64,000 nt of DNA from Paragordius varius (Eukaryota; Animalia; Nematomorpha), in assembly GCA_964247055.1 (NCBI GenBank), contig OZ176054.1:5270001-5334000 (forward strand), read 5' to 3'. How positions within the stretch are numbered: position 1 is the stretch's first letter; each line of letters starts with the position of its first letter. The notes beneath the pieces were generated by a model. The model saw only the letters and a list, made by a program, of their open reading frames with translations, did not search any database and was not told where the DNA came from. Positions 25,928-38,600 of the stretch are shown piece by piece. The position numbers and the translations under genes are program-made.

Positions 25928-26873
25928 CAAATATTTACATAGATCATAAACATATGACTGTAAAACTATATTTATTTTAACAATTTTCGATGGTTTATTG
26001 CGGAACGGAAAGACTTATTCACAAAATTTGTTTAAGAAAATGAATTTTAATTGGATTTAAAAAAAATTTTTATTTAAAATTTCTCTCTGCGCAGGACGCG
26101 TGTCCCTTTAAATCATGATTGGTTGTGAAAGCGCACAGTTTTCCCCAAAAATAAAATGTTTTTGATTAACAATTGAATTTTACCCAAATTTAATGAACAT
26201 GCAATAGCTTTTACTTTTATAGACGATGCAATTTAATCCAACTGAATTTTCTAATCCGTTTGATGCATTAGAACAGCATCAATTATCATTGCCTATAAAA
26301 ATAATAATAGTGCACATTATCAACCAGCCATAACTTTAAAATGACACAAGGCCCATTGTTACATAAACTACTGTGCTTAATTAAATATGGTAGAATTGGC
26401 CTTTAGCTTTAAAGATTAGTTTAAAGTCGGAATGAACAATTTTAAACGTTGTCATATTTAGGCATTGCTTTTATCCTCTAAACTCTCTCTAGAAAATTAT
26501 CTAAAATTGGCCATAAATCTTATAAAGTAGTTTATTTCTATATCATTCCACATTCTTAAGACTCTTTAAATTTAAATGCATTCAGTGGAAAACATCATCC
26601 TTATTGTACCGATGATAACACATATGACCAAATAATAATGATCATCGTATTCTAAAAGAAGGGCAAGCTAATTATCCAAGTCATTTGTTTGCGTAAACAG
26701 AACAAATTGTAAAAGAGGTGTGCTTATTATTTTACCGCACACAAAATCATCAAAAAATTGAAAAATCTATATCTTGAGCAGATGATTCATGCTGATATTT
26801 TATGTGATTGATGCATTTACTTGATATTTCTCAACCTTAAAATATTTTAAATTTACTGATTTTCATATATTAA

Positions 26874-28138
26874 TCTATATATTTATAAAAATGGAAAATG
26901 CTAGCTTTGTGGTCTGGTACCAGAAAACCGGTAGACCCAATCAAATCCAAATATCGAAAAAATATAATCATTAATAAATGTCCCGACAATAGCTTCACCC
27001 TTTTTTTGAAGCCCCCAGTTCGGGCCCACCCCGTGTAAAAAACGCGTTTTTTTGAAAACAGTAGTCCACAAAAATCGTGTCTTTGAGACAATTTTCCGGA
27101 GAACGTGTTGGACGATTCGATTTCAAATATGATTTTTTTTACTTTTTTCGATTGCGCCGAACATAGTCAACTCATTTTTTTAATTTAAACCCTCTTTTTA
27201 CCCGCTACCCCCGTAAAATGCCATTTTTTAAAAAAAAACAAGGTCCACAAAAATAATTTTTTTAATCTATTTTTCCCCCAATTAAATAATATATTAGTAT
27301 GAATCCGTTTTAAAATTCCTATAAAATCATATCTATTGAATAATGTTTCGAAATAATCCACATATGTGGATCATTTTATTGTCCATTATTTCAAATAGCC
27401 CCCCCCCCCCCCCCCCCCCGAAGTCAGAAGGACTTCCTCGGGCTGCGTAACAGCACGAGATTTACGCTAGTATTTATATAAAGGCATAATTTTAGTACAT
27501 TATGAATACATTAAGATTGGTTGATCCGCTATTTTAAATTAGTTCTGAAATTTGCTGCTTCTTTATAATCTCGATTTTGCAAAAAAATATTCCTAATACA
27601 TTTATGGGATAGTTTGATATATCTAAAACGATATGTTTTACCGATAAAACCCATTTGTATTAGGATAAAAATCATTGTTAAGCGTTTCTTTCTCTGTAAA
27701 ATACGCCACCAAATATAGAATTCGTGTAAAACACATTTCTAGGATTAAAATAGCATATCCCTGAACTTTCCCTTAAAATGGGATGATAAAAGGTCCATGG
27801 TTTTTATATTCCTTATATTCAGTCCCAGCTCCTGGGTGAGGACAAACCCATAATAAAATATTTGCGAAATATTTTGTAAAATGAAGATGATAATTGATAC
27901 TAATAATGAGGGAAAGTTTTAATATTGCCAATTTTATATAAATACAATATTTTAGGTAGAAAGCCCCGTAAAAGAATGGTTAAAGACATTATTTTTGTAG
28001 AAATATGGTTAGGTTTCATTAATTTTTTTATTTTATTTCCTCCATTTATTACAAAAATTTTATTCGATAAAAGTATATAACAGCCGTGACAAGGCAATCT
28101 AGAATAGCTGTACCCTCTCACATGTCGTTGCGACTTAG
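26874..28138 (+). mobile_element. Non-autonomous Helitron with more than one 3' terminus
   Basis: A|TCTATATATTTATAAAAATG 5' end; hairpin CTCGGGCTG-CGTAA-CAGCACGAG followed by CTAG|T at 27470. A further segment homologous to the 3' part of the second Helitron ends in hairpin + TTAG|T at 28138. Confidence 0.8.
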
Positions 28139-28429
28139 TCAACAATATCATTAATACCGTAATATATTTTATCTACAATAAAACAAGGTTAATCCATATG
28201 GTTAAAAATTGTTGGCTAAACCTTTTGCCTTTGTGTTGAGATTTAAACTACCATTGATATAATTCTAACTTGGGCTAAATATACCTTGAAAGCCAGGAAT
28301 AACGTACTAAAATAGCATTGGGTAAATATAAAAGGCACTGGACACTAGACAAAGTGCCATTTTTGTAAATTTAAATATTATTTCAATAGTACATGAATAT
28401 ATCTGGAGAATCTTTTTTTAATACTGTTT

Positions 28430-29180
28430 ATCGAAAATTTTTGGCCCCGATTTAACATTAAATTCGAAACTTTCAATAAAAGCTTTAGATATATAGCCAT
28501 ATATTTTATTCGAAAGACCGCAAAAGACTAAATCTTTCTAATGGTAGTTAGTCATTTAAATTAAACTGGTATAATTGTTATTTAGCTTTATATGGTCAAT
28601 TTTAAATCCATAAATAAGTCAAATATTTTTCACAGACGAACTAATCTAAAAATCATATGAAATATTTTAATATGATTATAATCGTTACAAAAAAAAGATC
28701 TTTAAAAAGGCTTTTGGTTTGCTTTTTTATTAAAATTTATAATTATTAAAATTATTTTACCTAGTGGATACTATAATGAATAACTGTAAATTATTACATA
28801 ACATTATGGTTATGAAAAATAATACCTTAAACTTCGAGTATTTAGAATTTTGGAAAGAACCTTCTAAAGAAAATAATAAATATTGATGTGATAATTTAAA
28901 AAAAATAGCTGTTTTGAATACCATAAAAGCGTGTTTTTAAACTATTTTGTAAAAATTTTTTTAGATATTCATTGCCATTTAAGTTTGAGCTATTTTCATA
29001 CAATATATTTATTGAATAAAACACTCTCGCTTCGCGAATTTATCGCTTTCTATCAATATTAACTATGGACGTAAAACATATTAGTTTGCCATTTTATAGA
29101 GTTTTCATTGCTCTTTCTGGTATATTACTAATGCGTTAGTTGAATAATTTTAACAGATATTTTTAAACTTTTAATAAAGA
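28430..29180 (+). repeat. Dispersed repeat; inverted copy at ~62740-63560
   Basis: Shared blocks such as ATTTTTGGCCCCGATTTAACAT, AATACCTTAAACTT and ATTAACTAT-GA-GTAAAACATATTAGT in opposite orientation. Confidence 0.65.
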
Positions 29181-29433
29181 AGGCGCATAATCATTTAACA
29201 AATTGCGAAAAGTTATAATATGGAAGCATAGATTCAGATTTACTTTTAAAATGATAGTAAATAGCAGAAAAGACAAAAAAACTCTACTGGCAGAATAATT
29301 TGCCTAGTGTTAAATCTATATGGTCTCATATGTCAAAATTTAGCTTTAAAAACACGTTATTTTAAATGTTGGCTCATTTAAAGGTTAAGTCGCGCGAGCC
29401 TTAAAAGCCGTGCTACTTGCCATATTTCAATTA

Positions 29434-31384
29434 TCTAATTTATAAAAATGAAAAGTGGTGGCTTTGTGATCTATTTCTGGAAAACCGGTAGACCCATTCA
29501 AATCCAAATATCGAAAAAATATAATCATAAATGAATGCCCCGACAAGAGCTTCACACTTTTTTTGAATTAGGTCTCCAGTTCGAGCCCCTCGGTGTAAAA
29601 AACGGGTTTTTTTGAAAACAGAAGTCCACAAAAATCGTGTCTTTGAGACAATTTTCCGGAAAACGTGTTGGACCATTCGATTTCAAATATGATTTTTTTT
29701 ACTTTTTTCGATTGCGCCGAACATAGTCGGATTGCTTTTTTAATTTAAGCCCTCTTCACCCTGCTCCCGTAAAATGCCACCTTTTTTAAAAAAATTAATT
29801 CCACAAAAATAATTTTTAGAATTTATTTTTAGCCCAGGTAAGTGACCGCAAAAATTCAATAAGGATTCCAATTATTTCCCGTTAATAGACAATAGCGATT
29901 CTTCTGGCTGGGTAAGGAGATACCCGCTGAAAACTGACCCGTCATATTGAAATCGCGTGCGTTTGGGGTTAAATTTCAGAAAACCTATGAGGCCTTATGA
30001 GTTTTGCTAAAAATATTTCCCGTAACAAGGCAAATATTTAGGTCGTGATATTTTTTTAAAATTAGCCGTTATTCAGGCCCCTCACGCCCAAAAAAATGCG
30101 TCACCATAATAGGATTTTTTAGTTTTGAGGCAATTTTTCCAAAAGCGAATGAGAGAATATGGAATCAATCATGATTCCTGGTATTCTCTATAAAATGGCA
30201 AATATTTTAATCAAGCGCTTTTTTATCAGCCTCTGGGTAGGGAGCTACCCGCCTAAAACTGCGCCACCATATCAAAATTGCTTTGTTTAGCAGTTAATTT
30301 TCATTAAACTTATTAGGCCCTATAAGTTAAATAAGGGCCTGAAATATTACCCGTAAAAAGGCAAAAATTAAAGTAGAGCGGTTTTTTTAAATTAGAGGTT
30401 AAATAGGCCATTTACGATCGAATGACTTTTTGTCCCTGGTTAGGGTGCTACCCGTATAAAACTGCGACATCATATCGATACAGAATGCCTTTGGAGCCAT
30501 ATTTAAGAATTTTATGTGTCTAATAGGAACATATGGAATCCATGATAATTCCAGATATTCCTCATATAAAGGCAAAATTTTGCTTAACGCTTTTTTATAG
30601 TTGCCACTGGGTAAGGGGATACCCGAAAAACTGCGCCACTATATAATTGCGTTGTTTTGGAGCTAATTTACAGAAAATTTATGAAGCCATATGAGTTTAT
30701 TAAAAGCTTGAAATATTACCCGTAACTAGATAAAATGGGTAAGGCGTTTTTTAATCAGCCGTTAATTTGGGGCCTTTATGCCCCTAAAAATACGCCATCA
30801 TATAACGTTATTTAGTGTTGAGTTTTTTCTGACCCATGAGACGATTGTAACAAAGATGATTCCAAATATTTGCCCTATAAAGGCAAAGAATTCTCAGCAC
30901 TTTTCCATATAGGTCTATGGGTAGGGGTCAACCGGCTTAAAACTGAGACGCCATACAAAATTTTCGTGGTTTTGGAGCTGATTAAAAATCTTAGGAAGAC
31001 ATACGAGTTCAGATAAACACGTTTCTGGCAAATTTATACATCATTCTTTCATTTAAAAAGGGACCAAAAATAAGTTACTTTTTATATCCCTTGATCCCAG
31101 CTGTGTGAACACAATTTTAATATATAACTTTTAACCATAATTTCGTAACGAAAATTTTAAATTAAATCCAATGATAGTTGAATATTTTATAAGGGGCAAT
31201 TTAAATATGGTCAATTTAGAGTAAATAATATTTGAACCTATGCAAAAACCCGTAAAAGAATAATTAAAGACATTTTTTACCATGTTTTTCATTATTTTAT
31301 CTCCATTACATCTATTTATTGCAAATGATTAAGAATAATTATCGGTGAGACTACGTCACAGTGAAGCGTTACAGGGCCAGCTAG
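29434..31384 (+). mobile_element. Non-autonomous Helitron carrying an internal tandem array
   Basis: A|TCTAATTTATAAAAATG 5' end; the first ~400 bp closely match 26874-27270; 3' end GTCACAGTGAAGCGTTACAGGGCCAG-CTAG|T. Confidence 0.8.
29900..31010 (+). repeat. Degenerate tandem array of about 7 monomers (~145-200 bp) alternating A/B
   Basis: CTGGGTA-N6-TACCCG...AAAACTGCGCCA at 29908, 30233, 30436, 30607 and 30917; weaker starts near 30074 and 30770. Odd units carry AAATATT(A/T)CCCGTAA; even units carry GATTCC...TATAAA(T)GGCAAA. Confidence 0.8.
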
Positions 31385-31749
31385 TTATAAAGAAAATAAT
31401 TTAATCTCGTTTGATAAAATGAAAAATTTACTTTGGGGAACTTGTATTGTTTGCAAAAATGTTATTTTAGGGTATCGAACCCAACCAGTGGTACTCAAAC
31501 AGCGGCCCTGAAATTTTTCATGGCCCTGAATTCAAAACGATAAAAATCTACATGTGAGTATAGCAGCTAGACAATATTTGTTTGTATTTTTGGTCACATT
31601 ATTATTTTTTGGGTTAGTTTTATTTCCAAGAGCGCTATTAATTGTCTTCCACAAAAAAATGTTTCTTTAGCTTCAATTGTAAAAAATCCTCATGTCAATT
31701 TTTTTCTGCATTTTTTGTTTAATTGCTTTTAAATAATATTACATACACA

Positions 31750-33400
31750 CTGAGCACAAAATTAAAGCACCTAGCTTTTTCCAAAAAATTATTAAGCCAA
31801 ATGTGGGCAAATTTTGCCATTTTCTGCTAGCTGTTACCAAAAATGTCTTAATCCTATATCACTTAAGGAAAAACCATTAAAATATGAACCTAACATTCAT
31901 CTATCAGAATATTATATATAATAGAGATTTGGGAATGTTCAGTTTTATGGATAGAAAATGAATTGACCTATAATCCTATTCACATTTAACCAATAAATGT
32001 TTTATGATTATTGATTTCATATCAGCTGTTTGTTTGAATCGTGTTTAGAAACTGTCGCAAATCGGGGCTCTTGAATTAAAAACTGTAAAAATATTTTTTG
32101 CAAAATGGAAAACGTTTGTGTTAAATAGTTAATTTTAAACCAAAAAGCATTTTTAATAACAAGATTAAGCTATTGGCTATAAAACTAACCCAATTGTAAT
32201 TCTTTTCAAAAATAACATATTGATAATAGAAACATTAAATTATAACTTCAATAAACCTTATTAACCTTTTAAATGATTAGCTTTTTAATGATGTTTTAAA
32301 CACTCCATTACATTTTAAGTTGTTAATCTCAAAGCTATATACAATTTGAATATCTTAAAAATTTAAAGTATTATGCCTAAAAATATGTTTCTTCAATCTT
32401 TTGGGCTCATTACTAAATAGTTCCATTTAAAACAATGTAAAATTGATAAAAATCATCTCAAACTTTTTTCTCCCATTTTTTCTATAATATTTTTTAAATC
32501 GCTAATGCAGCAGGCAAATAAATATATATTATGGTTAAATAAATTATTATCTTTAGGATAATGTGACCAGATATTTTTAACTTGGACGCAGTACAAAATA
32601 AAACATACATTGCCTTTTACACAATTGATGTGGTATATTACACAGTTTCCACAAAAAATATCCTGATGAAATATATATATTCTGATAGGAAAATATTAGG
32701 ATTATCATGGTGCTTTTGGTTTCTTTAGGAGTTATTAAAGAAAGTTATTTACACTTTGTGGTATCCGTAAAAAATTGCAAAAAGGTGCACATTTTTTTCA
32801 ATATTTTTTGATGAATGCTTTATTTCAAAAAATATCACTTATCACATAAACCACATATAAAAAACAAATCAATATTTTTAAAAAATTAAATTTTAGATAG
32901 GGGCTTAGAAAGTCTTAAATTTTTTGGCTCTTTTATGGATTGTTTTCTTAAAATGAACGCGAAGACAGTGTGCAATAATTTTAAATATATGCTAAATTTA
33001 GATATCAACTAAATATATTTTTAAAAAAATGCATACTTTAAAAAAAATTTTTAGCATTTGTTGAAGCATACTTCATACTATTTTCAGCATGATGGAAACG
33101 ATAAACACAGTTGAGATGTTAGAAAACTTTATATATATAATTCGATAATGCTGATTTCTCAATCAGAATTTTGATTAAAATATTCGTTCGTTTTCAAATT
33201 TAAGAAAAATTTAGTAAATTCACCAAAATAACAAACCTATAAATTAAAGTTCTCAACCTATAGTAATGTTCACCATAATATTATTTAAAAAATGGGTTTT
33301 ATTATATCTTAAAGCGTTATAGCGTTTCCGTAGTGCTTCAAAATAATTTGAAGTACGCTTCAACAAAATATCTCAAATTTGTTTATTCAAAAAAATAGAA
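31750..33400. repeat. Dispersed repeat family B (probable DNA transposon remnant)
   Basis: Shared blocks ATCATGGTGCTTTT, AAAGTTATTTACACTTT and AATAAATGCTTTATTCC also occur at ~8850-9010, 46560-46680, 47220-47600, 51300-52990 and 55600-56010. Confidence 0.65.
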
Positions 33401-34443
33401 AGTTAATAAAAATTAAAGTTTATGAAAAAAAATTAAGAAAAATCTTACCTCCCACCTAATGAGTATAGAAAACGTAAAAACTCTTAATTTTTGAATACGA
33501 AAAAGGTTTTTTCGAAATCATTGTCATGTACAATATATTCTAAGTAATATTTTACGGTAATTATAACATAAAATGAAATTTCTAAACCTGATCAAACATT
33601 TATTAAAATATCATGCATTAATTTTGTTAATTAATTTTGAGGAACCTCTTTTTGCAGAAGCTCTGAGTGAAAGAGCCATTAGCCTAAATATTACGGTGTA
33701 GAGCCCGAGCGAAAGGCTGCAATTCTAAGATTTATGTATAATTCGAGCAGAAAATATTAACCAATTAAAAATAGGCCAATATTAGTTTTTTACCGCAAAA
33801 TGAACCATTTCTTTACAAATTATGGGGTTATTTTTACAGAGGGTACTATATCAAATTCTAAAATATTTTTTTAATAAATATATATTTTTAAAAAATTATT
33901 TTTCAATTTCAAAAAGCAGTACAAAAGTGGGCGCAGTACAGTCGCAGTTTTTTTCTGAAAATCCAGTACTGTACTGCTAAAAACAGCCTATCTGGTCACT
34001 TTACTTTAGGAAGCTTTCAAAATACAGTTGACCAGCAATAACTCAATATATGGTTCGTTTCAAACGTGTTTTGAAGTTTAGAAGTCACAAAACCGGGAAT
34101 TATTTAAGCTTATCAAATACATCAAAACAAAGTTTGATAATTTAACTTCAAATATAATAACTTAAGCTATTATACCTTCAAAATTGAGCTCTAGGATATA
34201 AAACTACCCAAAATGCATGATAGGACAAAAAGGGAAAAGGCAATAAAGTGTTATTTGTTAAAAAAAACATCTAATAAATTATATAGTTTTTTCAGGATAA
34301 TCTTTATATTTTATAAAGTGTCTACATTTATATTTTAGAGATACCATTTCTTAATATATTTGGAAAAGTTATTTGTAGTTATCAAGTTTTATCGATATTG
34401 AGAGGTGGGGAACGTTTATGAGTTATCACCATATGGTAAAAAC

Positions 34444-34813
34444 ATGAGGTTTACTAGTGTTGCCGCTTATTACGGTAGAAAAAATTATGGGCATAAAGAA
34501 TTGTATATAAATAGCATAATATTGCCTATGAAACTTAAAAACAATGTCAGTTATAAATATGAACGGACAAATAAAAGTATAGAAATAATTATTTTAGGCG
34601 TATCTTGCCTGCAAGAAATTTTTGATTTGTTGGGATGTCTAAAGAAAAACGATTATATGCAAGAACCTTGTACCAAGCACATACAAGTTTTTAAAAAATG
34701 TTACGGAGATTTTATGGTAAAGTTACTAATAAATATAGGATAATAAATCAAAAAGCAATACAGACAAATTATCAACCGACCTCATCAATAAATTACTCAA
34801 AAATATTTCATGA
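34444..34813 (+). CDS. CHCHD1: CHCHD1 / mitoribosomal mS37-like twin CX9C protein; probable introns 34577-34597 (21 nt) and 34717-34738 (22 nt)
   Basis: PMKLKNNVS...SCLQEIFDLLGCLKKNDYMQEPCTKHIQVFKKCY (CX9C-X10-CX9C) and C-terminal LINKLLK; TGA at 34811-34813. Confidence 0.78.
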
Positions 34814-34814
34814 T

Positions 34815-35645
34815 TTATTCTTCATTCAATTGATAACGAATAAAATCAATAATGTGTGCATGTTTTGATTTTAAATATTCATCGACTGTAATTTCAGGAT
34901 TTAATAAAAATGATTGATAGAGTAAACGCGTTTCATTGTCTAAAATATCCTCTTCAGACTCAGAATCGTTAGTTTTTGTTTCTTGTTTAATCTCCTCATT
35001 TAACGATTTGGGATTCATACCAACAATATGTTGGGCAATATTTTTTGCCAAGTCATTTTTGTTGCTGGTATCTAATGATGCAGAAACAATTGCGGCATAT
35101 TTTCCAATTTTAATCAGAGAATTGTTATCAGGGTGGCAGTATGAGCCAATATAACCATTTAAGGGGTTCACAGCAAGAAAGGTTGCTTTTTGTAATTTAA
35201 CATTCTCTCCAAATTTGTTTATAAGATTATTTCTGTAATTAAGGATAAAATCATGATTATCATATTGGTTGATATCCAATTCCAATTTGAGATCTTTATC
35301 ATCATCAACTTGTTTTAACATAATTTCATATAAATATTTTGTAATATCTTGAACAAATAATTTAAACATTTCATTTTTGGCCACAAAATCAGTCGAACAA
35401 GCAACCTTTGCAATCAAAGCAGCATGTTTGTCAATATTCGTTACGGCTATTAAACCAGAAGATAGCGGTTTAAAGCTCAAGTTTTCCTCATTTACAGTAG
35501 CATTTAGCCATTTAACGGCTTTCTCATAATCGTCTTCATTGTTTTTCAATGCTTCTCTGCACATTATAATTGAGTTTCCTGTGTTCTTCCGTAATTTTTG
35601 CAGCAACGATATGGCCGGAGCGCATAACTGTTTTGTCAAATGCAT
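34815..35645 (-). CDS. TSFM: Mitochondrial elongation factor Ts, intronless, 276 aa
   Basis: LLQKLRKNTGNSIIMCREAL...AVKWL UBA-like N-terminus, CSTDFVAKN, GENVKL, IAQHIVGMNP, LLYQSFLLNP and FIRYQL. Confidence 0.93.
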   Translation of the reverse strand: MHLTKQLCAPAISLLQKLRKNTGNSIIMCREALKNNEDDYEKAVKWLNATVNEENLSFKPLSSGLIAVTNIDKHAALIAKVACSTDFVAKNEMFKLFVQDITKYLYEIMLKQVDDDKDLKLELDINQYDNHDFILNYRNNLINKFGENVKLQKATFLAVNPLNGYIGSYCHPDNNSLIKIGKYAAIVSASLDTSNKNDLAKNIAQHIVGMNPKSLNEEIKQETKTNDSESEEDILDNETRLLYQSFLLNPEITVDEYLKSKHAHIIDFIRYQLNEE

Positions 35646-35685
35646 TTTAGGCTTAAATATAATTAAAACAAATGTTAACTTTTTA

Positions 35686-38600
35686 ATGTCATTTGATTTT
35701 TCACAATATGAATTTAAGCATGTCTTTTTGAGAATTTTATATTTGGGATGGGATTACAAAGGTGAATATTTTATATAGTATGAAGGTTTTGTTGTTCAAA
35801 AAAACATCCAAAATACAGTTGAAAAGTGTTTGTTTGATGCCCTCCTAAAAACTAAATTAATTAAAAGCAGACAAACTTCAAATTATCATCGGTGTGGAAG
35901 AACGGATAAAGGTAATCAAAAAATATATTCAGGCGTAAATGCATTCGCTCAAGTCATATCAATAGATATTCGTTGTGAAAAAGTAGGCGACAAATTTTCA
36001 AATATAGATTTTTCACACTTGCTAAACAAAGTTTTACCCTTTAATATAAGGTTATTTAAATTTAATAATAGAGTATACAAATGGGCCTATGTACCACAAA
36101 ATTTAAGCTCAAGGTTTGATTGTGAGGATAGAAAATATAGATATGTTTTTCCGCATAAAATTTATCAACCAGTTTTAAATTTGAATGAAATGGAACAAGC
36201 ATCCAAACATTTTATTGGGACACATAATCTCCAAAATTTTTGCAAAATTGATTCTACAGTGAATCATTTTATTAGAACTGTAACTTCAATATCATTTTAT
36301 ATATGTGAAAATAATAATTTTGCTTGCATGGAAATTAGCGCTCCTTCTTTTCTATGGCATCAGGTCATTTTTATACGGGTTTTTCCTTATTTATGATCGA
36401 AATATTTTTACATTTATTATATTTATTTGCATAAAATCAATAATTTTTACGGTTGACAAAATACTTGTATGCTATTAAAGTAAAACATCATTAATTGCAA
36501 TGCAGCATAGTGTCCTTAGTTAAACCGTCTGTTATAAAAGATGGTTAAAATTGATTTTAATTGACGGAAAAAGAATGAAAAAATTATGTTATTAAATATT
36601 TTTTAAACTGGCGAAATTAATTAGAACGGTTAATCTAAGCTTCACGCACAACATAATTTTCAATTGTAATATATTCTTGCGACTAGAAAATTCTACACAC
36701 ATAAGGAACTACGGTTATTATTTCTGATCTCTAGTCTACTCGCGGGCGCCATTTGCAATATATATCGAATTTAACATTTTATAATAAACATAAGACTATA
36801 ATTCTTACAGACTAGTTCTTTGCCAAAATTCGTAACTATTGAGAAAATTTGTATAGAGCATTACAGTAATTGCTAAAAATTAATATTAAGATTTTTTTGA
36901 TCTGTGTGGCATTATTTTAACAAGTATATAAAAAATTACATTTGCATATATATTTAAATGTACATACATGTCCCTTTTCGGTACACATATATGAGAGATA
37001 TATTAACATTGCAATATGTACCCCTTCTTGCTACATATCTTATTAGAGAACTGGTAACATGTCTACTTCGATAATTAATTTTTTAGGTTTGATATATCAT
37101 TTTTTTATAAAATTAGGTATTAATCAGTATGTTATGTGTTACTTGGTTTTTATTGTGTAATGGAAAAAGGTGGTTGACTTTTTCTATCTTTCTTTTACAC
37201 CAATACTGCCCTAAAATGACGATTAAAAATTCTTTTTTAGTTATTAATGTGTTCCCATAGTTTGAATCTGATGTTGATGGCAAACTTTCATCTATACTAT
37301 CTTCTTCAAAAAAGCTATACATTAATACTAAATATCTTCTTAATAAATTGATAAAAACTTAATATTTTATAAAAAAAATTATATCAAACTTATAAATTAA
37401 TTATCAAAGTATGCACAACACACATACTGATTAATACCTAATTTTATAAAAAAAATGATATATCAAACATAATTAATTATCATAGGCACAACACATATGC
37501 AATGTTACCAGTTCTCTAATAAGATATGTAGCGAGAGGGACATATTGCAATGTTAATATATATCTCTCATATATGTGTACCGAAAAGGGACATGTATGTA
37601 CATTTAAATATATATGTAAATGTTATTTTTTATATACTTGTAAAATAACTTTTATAAGGATAAAAAATGCCCCCAGTTTAAAAAAATTTTCTTAATTAAT
37701 ATTTAGCAATAACTGTACTTAGATTTCGTAACATTTTATATTTATAATTTTTCGCGAGCTGCAATTTTGGGACCGTGTGTTGGACACCTCTGGTCTAGGT
37801 AAAGCTTTTTAGGCAATGGTGACCAGGAGTTTAATTTTATAATAATGTAATATAATCGATATTAAAGCAACTAAATATAGAATATATTTCTGACCGGATA
37901 ATAGGTTCTCTCGTTAACATTGATATTAAAAATGCTCCATTGTAAACAATGGAAGATATTCGATTCATTAATGACTAACTTGATCAAAAATGATGATTTA
38001 TAAATTAAATGGCTAGTTAAAAATTAAAGGTTTTCGTTTGTTTTTTGTAATCAACAAAGGGTGAACAATATCACTCGAAAATATAATTTAATTTTATAAG
38101 CATTTAGTCTTTACTAAATTATAAAGTGAAAATGCATAATTCTTGTAACCCGTAGGAAAATAAAATTTTTGGATTCTGTATACCTTTTATGTTGGTCATT
38201 TCCCATTTTTGGCCAATGATTGGCAATGCATTGGCCCAAGGGTCGGCAACCTTATTTGGAGGTGAGCCCTTTTCAATATGGAAAATTTTAGGCGAGCCCT
38301 ACGCTTGAAAATATAATTAAAATAGTACTCTATGTCAATGTAATTGTATATTAATAAAATGGGAAAAAAATTATTCTTAACATTACATGCTGAATAACAA
38401 TAATAATAATAATGTAACTATGATTAAGCAATTTTGCACCTTTTTTTAAATTAAAAACCTAATATGAGATATAATTTTCTTCATGACTTTGATAGTTTAT
38501 TTATTTTCATTTATTTAAAATCTAATATGCTTTCTGTTCTTGAATATTCTTTGATAATTTATTTGAATATAGTTGTGTTTTCGTTATTGATACGCAAATT

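Noticed and set aside
26085-26150. Short GC-rich block as snRNA/snoRNA or CCAAT promoter
   Set aside because: Its left flank recurs at ~60730-60790, pointing to repeat origin; no Sm site or C/D boxes recognised.
26220-26870. Coding-like stretch upstream of the first Helitron
   Set aside because: All frames are broken by stops and no family was recognised with confidence.
27399-27419. Poly-C/G tract as a functional G-quadruplex element
   Set aside because: A single homopolymer inside a Helitron; no independent support, and its length may be unreliable.
26870-29676. Two similar minus-strand ORFs (73 and 78 aa) as a small gene family
   Set aside because: They are antisense read-outs of the shared Helitron 5' region.
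29900-31010. CRISPR-like array (hairpin repeats with spacers)
   Set aside because: The intervening sequences are homologous to each other, the repeats are degenerate and unevenly spaced, there are no cas genes, and the context is a eukaryotic Helitron.
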